A DNA stretch of 24,000 nt, from assembly GCF_001672295.1 (NCBI RefSeq), contig NZ_JXMS01000024.1, positions 18,173-42,172 of the forward strand. The letters run 5' to 3'. Below the pieces are notes generated by a model. It was not told where the DNA came from, did no database searches, and saw only the letters and a program-made list of their open reading frames with translations. The stretch is from Halodesulfovibrio spirochaetisodalis. Its GTDB lineage: Bacteria > Desulfobacterota > Desulfovibrionia > Desulfovibrionales > Desulfovibrionaceae. Shown here piece after piece: positions 7,606-16,055 of this stretch. The number at the start of each line of letters is the position of its first letter. Position 1 is the first letter of the stretch. Made by a program: the position numbers and the translations under genes.

Positions 7606-8997
7606 TTACTGCTCAAGAGCGCGATCGATACGAGCAAGAGTGCGCTCTTTACCGATGATTTCCATCACGTCAGGAAGGTTAGGACCACCCATAGCACCAA
7701 CAAGTGCCACACGCAGTGGAGGGCCTACAGCTTTAAACTTAAGGCCGTTGTCAGAAACGTAGTTACCCATAACTTCGTGGGTAGTATCTTTGGTAAATGC
7801 TTCGAGCGCAGCAAACTGCTCACGGAGATTAGCAAGATGCTCTTTGCCTTCCTCGGTCAGGGCTTTTGCTACTGCTTTTTCTTCAAATTCATACTCAGAA
7901 TCAGCAAGAAGCATGAAGCGCATTGCGTCTACAAGACCGATAAGATCTTTTGCACGATCCTTAACAAGAGGAACCATAGCGGTTAACTCTTCGGCGGAAA
8001 CTTCAAAGCCAGCTTCCTTTGCGAACGGTGCAACAAGTGCAGCAAGTTCAGCATCAGGAGTTTCTTTCATGTACTGTGCGTTGAGCCAGAGAAGTTTATC
8101 AGGATCAAAGCCGGCAGCTGAAGAAGAAAGGTTGTCTGTAGAGAACTTTTCGATGAGTTCGTCCAGCGCAAAAATTTCCTGATCACCGTAAGACCAGCCA
8201 AGGCGTACGAGATAGTTTACCAGCGCCTGCGGGAGCAGACCCATTTTCTCGTATTCCATAACGGACTTAGCACCATGACGTTTGGAAAGTTTTTTACGGT
8301 CAGAACCGAGAATCATCGGAACATGACCGAACTGAGGCACTTCCCAGCCAAGGGCTTCGTAGACCATGATCTGCTTAGGAGTATTGTTAACGTGGTCATC
8401 ACCGCGCAGAACGTGAGAAATCTCCTGAGAATGGTCATCCACAACTACAGCAAGGTTGTAGGTAGGAGAACCGTCGCTGCGACGGATAATCATGTCATCA
8501 AGTTCTTCATTGTCAAAAGCAATGCTGCCTTTCACAAGGTCTTTCCAGACGGTACGGCCGGTCAGCGGTGCCTTGAAGCGAACAACACGGCCATCTGCTT
8601 TTTTCAGCCCCATTTCACGACATTTGCCGTTGTACTTAGGCTTTTTTCCCAGCGCACGGGCTTCTTCGCGCATTGCTTCTACTTCTTCTGCTGTACAGTC
8701 ACAGTAGTACGCTTTGCCTTCTGCAAGCAGCTGGTCAATGTACTTGTTGTACAGGTCATCACGCTGGCTCTGGTACACAGGCTCTGCATCCCAGCTAAGA
8801 CCAAGCCATTCCATAGAAGCAAGAATTGCGTCGGTGTACTGCTGTTCAGAACGTTCTCTGTCTGTATCTTCGATACGCAGAACAAACTCACCGCCGTGAT
8901 GACGAGCAAGCAACCAGCTGAAAATAGCGGTACGCGCACCGCCGATGTGTAAATGTCCTGTCGGGGACGGAGCAAAACGAGTGACTACTTTTGCCAT
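7606..8997 (-). CDS. gltX: Glutamate--tRNA ligase
   Basis: Class I signature HIGH (PTGHLHIGG) and KMSKS variant (KLSKRHG), with overall GltX-like length. The ATG at 8997 has AGGAG upstream. The ORF-track start at 9045 is a TTG extension. Confidence 0.93.
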   Translation of the reverse strand: MAKVVTRFAPSPTGHLHIGGARTAIFSWLLARHHGGEFVLRIEDTDRERSEQQYTDAILASMEWLGLSWDAEPVYQSQRDDLYNKYIDQLLAEGKAYYCDCTAEEVEAMREEARALGKKPKYNGKCREMGLKKADGRVVRFKAPLTGRTVWKDLVKGSIAFDNEELDDMIIRRSDGSPTYNLAVVVDDHSQEISHVLRGDDHVNNTPKQIMVYEALGWEVPQFGHVPMILGSDRKKLSKRHGAKSVMEYEKMGLLPQALVNYLVRLGWSYGDQEIFALDELIEKFSTDNLSSSAAGFDPDKLLWLNAQYMKETPDAELAALVAPFAKEAGFEVSAEELTAMVPLVKDRAKDLIGLVDAMRFMLLADSEYEFEEKAVAKALTEEGKEHLANLREQFAALEAFTKDTTHEVMGNYVSDNGLKFKAVGPPLRVALVGAMGGPNLPDVMEIIGKERTLARIDRALEQ

Positions 8998-9084
8998 GTG
9001 ACAATCTCCTACAAAATATAAAAAACCGGACACACGTGAAGACAAATACGCTGCACATGCATCACAGGTATATGATCAACTATC

Positions 9085-9318
9085 TTAATCTTCAGCCGGT
9101 TCTACAGCTTTCACTTCAGGCACTGCTTTCAGAACAAAACGCTCTACAGTATTACGCAGGGTCATCTGGGACATAGGGCAGCCCTTGCAAGCGCCGGTAA
9201 GGCGTACAGTAACAATGCCGCGCTCAGAAATATCCACCAGTTCAACGTCGCCGCCGTCATTCTGCAGGTACGGGCGCACTTTATCCAACGCTGCTTCAAC
9301 TTTTTCTTTAAGAGTCAT
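9085..9318 (-). CDS. NifU C-terminal-domain (Nfu-like) Fe-S cluster assembly/scaffold protein
   Basis: LQNDGGDVELVDI...VRLTGACKGCPMSQMTL carries the CxxC motif typical of the Nfu/NifU C-terminal domain. The ATG at 9318 has GAGGA upstream. The ORF-track start at 9354 is a GTG extension. Confidence 0.8.
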   Translation of the reverse strand: MTLKEKVEAALDKVRPYLQNDGGDVELVDISERGIVTVRLTGACKGCPMSQMTLRNTVERFVLKAVPEVKAVEPAED

Positions 9319-9418
9319 TCTATTCCTCACAGGTCTGTATATGATGTGTGGCACTTCTATCGCCGTTAAAAAACGGTGTCAAACACAGACAATGCCACCG
9401 GCAACTTTCCCTTTGCAT

Positions 9419-9469
9419 AAAAAAACGTCAAACCCGAACGTACAATCACCTGCAGCCCGAATTTGACGT
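9419..9469 (-). terminator. Possible terminator after the MATE-DUF2156 operon
   Basis: On the minus strand: ACGUCAAA...UUUGACGU (8 bp, 29-nt loop) followed by 6-7 U. The long loop and a competing GAACGT/ACGTTC pairing make this uncertain. Confidence 0.35.
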
Positions 9470-9521
9470 TCATTCTACTCTACGGTTCTGAACACACTGT
9501 CAGCCCAATCACAGGCGCAGC

Positions 9522-10427
9522 TTATTGTTCTTCCGCCAGCTCAACAACAAATTTCTTTACAAAATCAACTGGATTGTAGCTCATTTTAGCTTTACGCAAA
9601 CCCTCATCATCCAAATCCTGCTCACGGTTTACGTGGACGAAACGACCACCTTCATCATTCAGGAAAAAGTTGTTGATTGCCTGATAGATGCCTTTGTAAT
9701 CAGTTTTTCCTTTTTCAAAATGGATAACCACAGTATCGCCGTTAATGGCTTCAGCTACGGTGTAGGCAATAACCTTTCCGTCAACCTGAATGGAACCGCC
9801 GATAAGGGACGGAATTTCGTCCCACTGCTCAAGTACGCGGCGGATTGCATCGTTTTCGGCAAGCAATGACTGGGAATCCTCACACTCGCGCCACATGCAC
9901 CACTCTTCCTGCATTTCAAGCACAGCTTCCACGCAATCGGCAGTCATAGGCTCATAGGAGTATGTGTAGTTTTTCTTGAACTGGTTAACGAGATTCTTTT
10001 TCTTATGAAACTTCTTACCCTTCAGGTCAGCCAGTTCCTGTACATCATAGATGTAATCCCACTGCCCGCGATCTTCTGTGGCAGAAACACGTCCTTCCAA
10101 TTTCTCGTTCCAAATTTCAAGCAATCGTTCAGGAACACGGTGGAAGGTGCGCGCCTGTTTCATGTACGGGCAGTTTGCCCAGTCCACGTTGTCCCAATTC
10201 CCAACAGGTGCCCAGTAACGGACAACAGGAATCTCAGAACCCGCAGTTGATGACTGGCGAATCCAGACTAAATTGGGCGTCCATGCCCACTCAAGACTGT
10301 ACTCATCAGCCCACCCCCATATATTGGTAAAACTGAAATCTGATGACTTTGTTTTACTCAGCGCAAGGCGCTCCATGTATTCATCTTTTCGTTCTAGCGA
10401 AATCGGTTCAAAAACAAGTTCTTTCAT
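9522..10427 (-). CDS. Stand-alone DUF2156 / MprF C-terminal-like (aminoacyl-tRNA-dependent transferase fold) protein
   Basis: ~300 aa and soluble. The N-terminal pattern FEPISLERKDEY...SDFSFTNIWGW matches my memory of DUF2156 (LPG synthase C-terminal) family proteins. This is recognition from memory, not a search. The ATG at 10427 has AGGAG 6 nt upstream, overlapping the end of the MATE gene. Confidence 0.55.
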   Translation of the reverse strand: MKELVFEPISLERKDEYMERLALSKTKSSDFSFTNIWGWADEYSLEWAWTPNLVWIRQSSTAGSEIPVVRYWAPVGNWDNVDWANCPYMKQARTFHRVPERLLEIWNEKLEGRVSATEDRGQWDYIYDVQELADLKGKKFHKKKNLVNQFKKNYTYSYEPMTADCVEAVLEMQEEWCMWRECEDSQSLLAENDAIRRVLEQWDEIPSLIGGSIQVDGKVIAYTVAEAINGDTVVIHFEKGKTDYKGIYQAINNFFLNDEGGRFVHVNREQDLDDEGLRKAKMSYNPVDFVKKFVVELAEEQ

Positions 10428-10436
10428 CAAAGACTC

Positions 10437-11828
10437 CTACGCAGCCGGAGCGGTCGAGTTTTTGCGTTTAATCATGCTGAAGCGATACCAATCGCGACAC
10501 ATGAATATATAAAACATAATGGTAGACTGGAACACCTGTGAAACAAGCATGGCAATATAGACCCCTTCAGCATCCTTCAAAATAAGATGCCCGAGAACAT
10601 ATGCCACGGGTAAACGAACCAGCCATGACGCACTGCTGTAAATCCAAAAATTGTATATGGTTGCTCCCGCACCAGTCATGATCCCCCCAAGGGTCATACT
10701 GGCAACGGTAAACGGAATTGAAATGATATTATACTTCAAATACACGGCAGCCTGAACCGTTACATCCGGCTCAGGTGCAAGAAATTTAGCCATAGGCTCA
10801 ATAAACGGCCAAAACACGACGGCCACTACAGACATAAGCCCGCAGGCCGTACCCAGAATACGTAAGCCTACGCGCTTGGCTTCCACCTTGTTACCGGCAC
10901 CAAGAAAATGCCCGATAAGAATACTGGCTGTCATATTAAAGGCAAAGGCAGGCAGGAATAATAGCGACTCAATACGCATGCCCGCAGCAAGCCCTGCCAG
11001 CGCATCAACAGCATCAAACGGCAAGGAGGCCACAATGGCAAACAGCACAATGTATCCGGTGTGCCATAACGCCTGAGTCCCGCCAGCTGGTGCCGCTACC
11101 TTGATGAGGTAGGGCAGCGCACGACGTGCCCAGCGCCACGGAGCAAACGAGTCGCGAACAAGGATTCCCCTGCCTGTGAGCACAATAAAATTGTAAATGG
11201 CCCCACCACTGATGGAAAGCAAGGTAGCCCATGCCACCCCTTTGTAGCCAAATTCCGGGAATCCGAACCAGCCAAGTCCGAATCCCAAATCTGCTATTGT
11301 ATTTACAAGTGCCACAATGGCAATGGCGCGCATGGGAATGAACACCATCATCTTTGCACGAAATACAGCATTGGTAATGACAAAGACATAGTACACCGGC
11401 AGCAGCACCAAATAGATTTGCAAAAAGTACTGTGCGATCGGGTAAATGTCGTCCGGTGTCTGTAAGATTCCTAAGAAAATATGTCTGAAACTCAGCCCCA
11501 GACCGGAAATACCGACCCCGCAGACAAGCCCCAGTAACACCACCAATCCGATATACCGAGCCGCCCTTTTATGCAGACCGGCACCTATGGATTGGCTTAT
11601 TGCAGCCACACACCCGTTACCAATAGCAATGGCAATAACCAGAAAAAACAGGAAGGTCTGAGAGATCATCCCAAGAGCAGCCTGAACATTCGAATCGATC
11701 TGTCCGGCTACCCAGACATCAACAAAGCCTATTAAAAAGTGAAACATCATCATGAGAACCTGCGGCCAGGCGAGGTTCCAAATGGCTCTGTACGATGTAG
11801 GGTCAGCTATCTGTTCTGTGTTGCTCAT
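10437..11828 (-). CDS. MATE family efflux transporter
   Basis: 463 aa with ~12 TM segments. The N-terminus YRAIWNLAWPQVLMMMFHFLIGFVDVWVAGQI is typical of NorM/DinF-type MATE proteins. Confidence 0.85.
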   Translation of the reverse strand: MSNTEQIADPTSYRAIWNLAWPQVLMMMFHFLIGFVDVWVAGQIDSNVQAALGMISQTFLFFLVIAIAIGNGCVAAISQSIGAGLHKRAARYIGLVVLLGLVCGVGISGLGLSFRHIFLGILQTPDDIYPIAQYFLQIYLVLLPVYYVFVITNAVFRAKMMVFIPMRAIAIVALVNTIADLGFGLGWFGFPEFGYKGVAWATLLSISGGAIYNFIVLTGRGILVRDSFAPWRWARRALPYLIKVAAPAGGTQALWHTGYIVLFAIVASLPFDAVDALAGLAAGMRIESLLFLPAFAFNMTASILIGHFLGAGNKVEAKRVGLRILGTACGLMSVVAVVFWPFIEPMAKFLAPEPDVTVQAAVYLKYNIISIPFTVASMTLGGIMTGAGATIYNFWIYSSASWLVRLPVAYVLGHLILKDAEGVYIAMLVSQVFQSTIMFYIFMCRDWYRFSMIKRKNSTAPAA

Positions 11829-11982
11829 GAAAGTATACCAGGATGAAAGTGTTGAAGTAGCAAGAGTAATACGGATGCAAAAAAAGTACAGCCCTGAAGC
11901 GACAAATACTTCTTCACAGACAGGAAAGCGACGCTGTTAGCGCCGCTGAACGTATGTTGAAATATTATATCTTTCTTGATGG

Positions 11983-12969
11983 TTACAGGATATCTCCGGA
12001 AAAGAGGGAGTGCTCAATGCCGTTCTCGTCCTGCAAAACAAGCATACCGTCAGTGGATACATCCACTACTGTTCCAGAAAAAGTTTCTCCCCGAACTTGC
12101 ACAGTGAGTTCTTTGCCCACTACATCTGTCAGTTCTTTCCAACGGGAAAGCAACGGTGCAAAGCCTTGCTTTGTCACGAGCAGGTACCAGTGCTCATAGC
12201 GGGTCAAAAACGCCTGCAGCAGTTCAACACGGGAAATATGTTTCCCCGCTGCCTCTTCAAGCGAGCACGGAACCGTGCGTAGTTCCGGCACCAGTTTTTC
12301 CGGCAACGGAGCAACATTGATTCCCGCGCCTGAAATAACGTGCCCTACACTGTCTCCCGAAAGAAAAACCTCAGTCAGGTTTCCGGCAACCTTACACCCG
12401 TCTATCAAAACATCATTAGGCCATTTGCAGACAGGAATGATATCCGTCAGATCCTGAACAGCTTCTGCCGCCGCAACATTCGTAAGCAGAGTGATGAGCG
12501 GTGCCTCGTTAGGAGCAATATCCGGTCGCAGCACAACGGAAACGTACAGGCCGCACCCAGAAGGAGAATGCCATGTTCGCCCCTGCCGCCCGCGTCCGCC
12601 CGTCTGCTCATCAGCAACGACCACAGTTCCTTCAGGAGCATCACCAAGAGCAAGCTTCATTGCCTCAAGGTTTGTAGACCCGACACTCGGTAAATAGTGA
12701 ATGTCATGCTGCCCGAACACTGTTGTGGTAAGCCCCTGCCGCACCACATCCTGCGTCATTTTTTCTGCTTTACGCACCAGCCGGTAGCCTTTACGAGTTA
12801 CCGCTTCAATCTCATGCCCTTGTCCACGCAACACACTTACGTGCTTTGATACCGCCGCACGGGAAATTGAAAACAACTGGCTTACATCTTCGCCAGAAGT
12901 ATATCTATCTGTATTTTTTTGCAGCAGTTCCAAAATTTTTGTCCGAACCGCATCGCCCCGTAACGCCAT
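11983..12969 (-). CDS. birA: Bifunctional biotin--[acetyl-CoA-carboxylase] ligase / biotin operon repressor
   Basis: N-terminal winged HTH (ISRAAVSKHVSVLRGQGHEIE), the biotin-ligase loop GGRGRQGRTWHS, and a C-terminal SH3-like tail. GAGG lies 5 nt before the ATG. Confidence 0.92.
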   Translation of the reverse strand: MALRGDAVRTKILELLQKNTDRYTSGEDVSQLFSISRAAVSKHVSVLRGQGHEIEAVTRKGYRLVRKAEKMTQDVVRQGLTTTVFGQHDIHYLPSVGSTNLEAMKLALGDAPEGTVVVADEQTGGRGRQGRTWHSPSGCGLYVSVVLRPDIAPNEAPLITLLTNVAAAEAVQDLTDIIPVCKWPNDVLIDGCKVAGNLTEVFLSGDSVGHVISGAGINVAPLPEKLVPELRTVPCSLEEAAGKHISRVELLQAFLTRYEHWYLLVTKQGFAPLLSRWKELTDVVGKELTVQVRGETFSGTVVDVSTDGMLVLQDENGIEHSLFSGDIL

Positions 12970-12981
12970 CGCTACCTCTAA

Positions 12982-13015
12982 TTGTAAACCTTTCAGAAAG
13001 GCGTAAAGTTGACAA
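12982..13015. promoter_or_regulatory. BirA operator (bioO-like inverted repeat)
   Basis: TTGTAAACC-N16-AGTTGACAA. This has the same half-sites and spacing as E. coli bioO as I recall it (TTGTAAACC-N16-GGTTTACAA), with two mismatches in the right arm. It lies between divergent birA and bioB. Confidence 0.8.
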
Positions 13016-13037
13016 TAGTGCCGCTCTCAGATAATTC
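13009..13037 (+). promoter_or_regulatory. Candidate sigma-70 promoter for the bio operon, overlapping the operator
   Basis: A perfect -35 TTGACA (13009-13014) sits inside the right operator arm. GATAAT/TAATTC -10 candidates follow 15-17 nt downstream. No experimental support. Confidence 0.4.
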
Positions 13038-13175
13038 AGCCTGAACAACAATCAAATTCTGCACTGTGACCCGTTACCGTCGCAGGCAAAAACAAAATAT
13101 AACCAGCGTCACACACTGGCAGAGTTTTCTTCTACTAAAATATCTCCGGCGCTGTCTGTTTTTTCGAGAAAGAGT

Positions 13176-14156
13176 ATGACTACCACCGCTTTATCTGTGT
13201 ACGCCCTGTGTGAAGAGGTTGTCCAGTCTGGAAAAGGTATCAGCCGTGCTGATGCCGAAATGCTTATCAATCTTCCAGACAGCGCAACACTCGATCTGCT
13301 TGCAGGTGCACGCCGTATCCGTTCCGCAGTGACCACAAATCCATCGTTCACCTGCGGTATTGTAAACGCAAAATCCGGCAAGTGCAGCGAAAACTGTTCG
13401 TTCTGTGCACAGTCAAAATATCATGACACAGGCGCACCTATTTATCCGCTTATAGAGCCACACACCCTGCTTACCCGCGCAAAGGAGCTGGAAGCAGCCG
13501 GAGCAAACCGGTACGGCATAGTTACCAGTGGAATGGCTCTTTCCGACAAAGAGTTGGATACCGTATGCGAAGCAGCACTTGCCATCACAACACAAACCAG
13601 CCTTAACGTATGCGGCTCCCTTGGTCAGCTTTCTCCGGACATGGCGCTCCGTTTACGGCAGGCAGGATTTTCAAGCTACCATCACAATCTTGAAACAGCA
13701 CGTTCCCACTTTTCTGCTATTTGCAGCACACATGAATACGATGAAGATATTGCATCCGTACAAATTGCCCTTGATGCCGGTTTTCGCGTCTGCTCTGGCG
13801 GCATATTAGGACTTGGCGAAAACCGCAACCAGCGAGTTGAGCTGGCCTGTACCCTGCGCGATCTCAATGTTCCTTCCGTCCCTATGAACTTCCTTACACC
13901 AGTTAAAGGAACACGGCTGGAAAATCAGCCACTTTTACCTGCCTCAGAAGCACTCCGAGCCATTGCTGTCTACCGGTTCATTCTCCCGACGCAGGACATT
14001 TTAATCGCAGGTGGACGTGAAAACACACTAGGTGAGCTTCAGTCTCTTATCCCTATGGCAGGCGCAAACGGTCTTATGATCGGCAACTACCTGACCACAA
14101 GCGGACGCAGCACAAACGATGATATAGCCATGCTGACCAGCCTTGGCGTTTTATAA
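13176..14156 (+). CDS. bioB: Biotin synthase (radical SAM)
   Basis: Radical-SAM triad CSENCSFC, 326 aa, BioB-like throughout, and first gene of the bio operon. Confidence 0.93.
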   Translation: MTTTALSVYALCEEVVQSGKGISRADAEMLINLPDSATLDLLAGARRIRSAVTTNPSFTCGIVNAKSGKCSENCSFCAQSKYHDTGAPIYPLIEPHTLLTRAKELEAAGANRYGIVTSGMALSDKELDTVCEAALAITTQTSLNVCGSLGQLSPDMALRLRQAGFSSYHHNLETARSHFSAICSTHEYDEDIASVQIALDAGFRVCSGGILGLGENRNQRVELACTLRDLNVPSVPMNFLTPVKGTRLENQPLLPASEALRAIAVYRFILPTQDILIAGGRENTLGELQSLIPMAGANGLMIGNYLTTSGRSTNDDIAMLTSLGVL

Positions 14157-14165
14157 GGAAGATAC

Positions 14166-15521
14166 ATGAGCACAACTCAAGATTTGCAAACAATTGACCG
14201 CACCAACGTATGGCACCCATTCACTCAGATGGCAGAGTGGGTGCAGCAAGACCAGCTCATCATAGAAAGCGGTAAGGATAACTGGCTCATAGACACAGAA
14301 GGGAACCGTTATCTGGACGGAATTTCATCTCTCTGGACAAACGTACACGGACACTGTGTGCCGGAAATAGACAACGCCGTGCAGGAACAGCTTGGTAAAA
14401 TTGCACACACAACCATGCTTGGGCTTGCCAATGTGCCTGCAACCGAACTTGCAAAACGTCTTGTGGATATTCTTCCACAGGGGCTCACACGTGTTTTCTA
14501 TTCTGACAGCGGTTCCACTGCTGTGGAAGTAGCACTTAAAATTGCGTTCCAGTTTCAGCAGCAGGCAGAAAAAGGTGACCCGAACCGCATCAAATTTATC
14601 TCCATGCAAAATTCCTATCACGGAGACACCATCGGTTCTGTTGCTGTTGGCGGCATGGATTTATTCCACGCCACATACAAGCACATGCTCTTCCAAGGTG
14701 AAAAGGTTCTCAGCCCCTACTGTTACCGTTGTCCATTTGGCAAAGAGAAAGCAACCTGCGACCATGAATGTTTCCAGCACGTAGAAGATGTACTCAGCGA
14801 ACACGGAAGCACTGCGGCCGCGTTTGTTATTGAACCTCTGGTACAGGGTGCGGCAGGACAAATTATGCATCCTGAAGGATACCTCGCACACGTTCGCGAG
14901 CTATGCACGCGCCACAATGTACTTCTTATTGCAGATGAGGTTGCAGTCGGCTTCGGCAAAACCGGAACCATGTTCGCCTGCGAGCAGGAAAATATCACAC
15001 CGGATATTATCTGCCTCGCCAAAGGCATCAGCGCAGGCTACCTGCCGCTTGCAGCAACAGTAGCGTCAGAAGAAATCTACAACGGGTTCCTTGGGAAGCA
15101 CGAAGAGTTCAAAACTTTCTTCCACGGCCATACATATACAGGCAACCCGCTTGCCTGTGCTGCCGCCATTGCTAACCTCGACTACTTTGAAAACAACAAT
15201 GTCATGGAAAAGCTTCAGCCCAAGATTGCTCACCTGCAAAACAGACTGAACGCCATGCAAGAACTTGAACACGTCGGTGAAATACGCATTCGGGGCATCA
15301 TGACAGGCATTGAGCTTGTGAAAGACAAAGGCAGCAAAGCATCGTTCGAAGCAGCAGCAAAGATCGGTCACAGGGTCTGTATGGAAGCACGCAAGTACGG
15401 GGTTATTATCCGTAACCTTGGTGATGTCATCATCCTTATGCCACCGCTCAGTATTTCTCTCAGTGAAATAGACCTTCTTTGCGATGCAACTGCCAAGGCA
15501 ATTAGCACTGTCACTGAATAA
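14166..15521 (+). CDS. bioA: Adenosylmethionine-8-amino-7-oxononanoate aminotransferase
   Basis: Class III aminotransferase. N-terminal VWHPFTQM, DEVAVGFGKTG, and the PLP-lysine context LAKGISAGYLP. GGAAG precedes the ATG, which is 9 nt after bioB. Confidence 0.92.
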   Translation: MSTTQDLQTIDRTNVWHPFTQMAEWVQQDQLIIESGKDNWLIDTEGNRYLDGISSLWTNVHGHCVPEIDNAVQEQLGKIAHTTMLGLANVPATELAKRLVDILPQGLTRVFYSDSGSTAVEVALKIAFQFQQQAEKGDPNRIKFISMQNSYHGDTIGSVAVGGMDLFHATYKHMLFQGEKVLSPYCYRCPFGKEKATCDHECFQHVEDVLSEHGSTAAAFVIEPLVQGAAGQIMHPEGYLAHVRELCTRHNVLLIADEVAVGFGKTGTMFACEQENITPDIICLAKGISAGYLPLAATVASEEIYNGFLGKHEEFKTFFHGHTYTGNPLACAAAIANLDYFENNNVMEKLQPKIAHLQNRLNAMQELEHVGEIRIRGIMTGIELVKDKGSKASFEAAAKIGHRVCMEARKYGVIIRNLGDVIILMPPLSISLSEIDLLCDATAKAISTVTE

Positions 15522-15746
15522 GTTTTATCCTGAGGAGTGTCTCCGACAGCTCTCCTCGGGACGGGGCACTGCCCCTCTCCCCCGCAAGGGCGCCCCTCCT
15601 TGGCCGCGAGTAGTTTAGACAGGTTTGGGCAGTTACCCGACTGCCTTGCCCGAGGTAATAACACTAGGACAACTCACCCACTTATGCGGTCAAGGAAGGG
15701 TCTCCCTCGCGATATAAACGCAGTCCCCTTCTGGAGGCAAACCATC
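15522..15746 (+). other. GC-rich, structure-prone intra-operon spacer (possible structured RNA, processing site or internal regulatory element)
   Basis: A non-coding-looking 225 nt between bioA and the next gene, visibly more GC-rich than its flanks. Helices:
- CCTGAGGAG/CTCCTCGGG (15529-15560).
- GGGGC-act-GCCCC (15563-15575).
- CCC-GCAA-GGG (15581-15590).
- GGCAG-N8-CTGCC (15628-15645).
- Long-range CCTCGGG/CCCGAGG (15554-15560 with 15649-15655). Confidence 0.4.
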
Positions 15747-16055
15747 ATGTTCAACCTTACCGGAACATTCACATTTCCAGCAGACGAAGCTGCACTTCAG
15801 GATCATTTTCCTGACAGTCCGGTCATTCCGGGCACACTCATTATCCACAGCTTTGTACACGCGCTGCGCACCCGAATGCCGGAAGCTATGTTGAGTGCAA
15901 ACAGATTCCGCTTCAAAGAATTTATTACGCCTGCATCATATCAGTACAGCATTGAGCAAACACCATCAGGCTTTTCATGCACTCTGTTCAACAAAGGAAG
16001 AAAAGCTGTTACCGGACGCCTAGATATACAGACAAGAGGAGACGCCAATGGCTGA
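15747..16055 (+). CDS. Small FabZ/FabA-like hotdog-fold protein (His-box subunit)
   Basis: ATG at 15747 with GGAGG 9 nt upstream. DHFPDSPVIPGTLIIHS aligns with the FabZ motif HFPGxPxxPGVLxxEA, but His replaces the catalytic Glu. It is only 102 aa and lacks the FabZ N-terminal RFPFLLVD segment. Confidence 0.7.
   Translation: MFNLTGTFTFPADEAALQDHFPDSPVIPGTLIIHSFVHALRTRMPEAMLSANRFRFKEFITPASYQYSIEQTPSGFSCTLFNKGRKAVTGRLDIQTRGDANG

Noticed and set aside
8275-8952. Long antisense ORFs inside well-supported genes:
- 225 aa opposite gltX.
- 179 aa at 22206-22745 opposite the TrmB gene.
- 177 aa and 145 aa at 4705-5320 opposite the symporter.
- 154 aa at 21302-21766 opposite lysA.
- 130 aa at 7790-8182 opposite gltX.
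   Set aside because: - The opposite-strand proteins carry unmistakable family motifs.
- The antisense translations are low-complexity, with no motifs or ribosome-binding sites.
8998-9045. A 16-codon TTG-initiated extension of gltX.
   Set aside because: - ATG at 8997 gives the canonical GltX N-terminus (MAKVVTRFAPSPTGHLHIGG) and has an AGGAG SD.
- The same logic applies to the GTG extension of the NifU-like gene (9319-9354) and the TTG extension of the FKBP gene (23169-23228).
13109-13381. A 90-aa minus-strand ORF across the bioB leader and start.
   Set aside because: - It overlaps the bioB coding start on the opposite strand.
- It has no SD, and its composition is consistent with an antisense artefact.
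15537-15746. N-terminal 70-aa extension of the first hotdog ORF (ORF track 15537-16055, 172 aa).
   Set aside because: - The start is a GTG with no spacing from its putative SD.
- The extension is low-complexity Pro/Gly/Ser/Arg text with no hotdog similarity.
- A GGAGG-N9-ATG at 15747 begins exactly where FabZ-like similarity starts.
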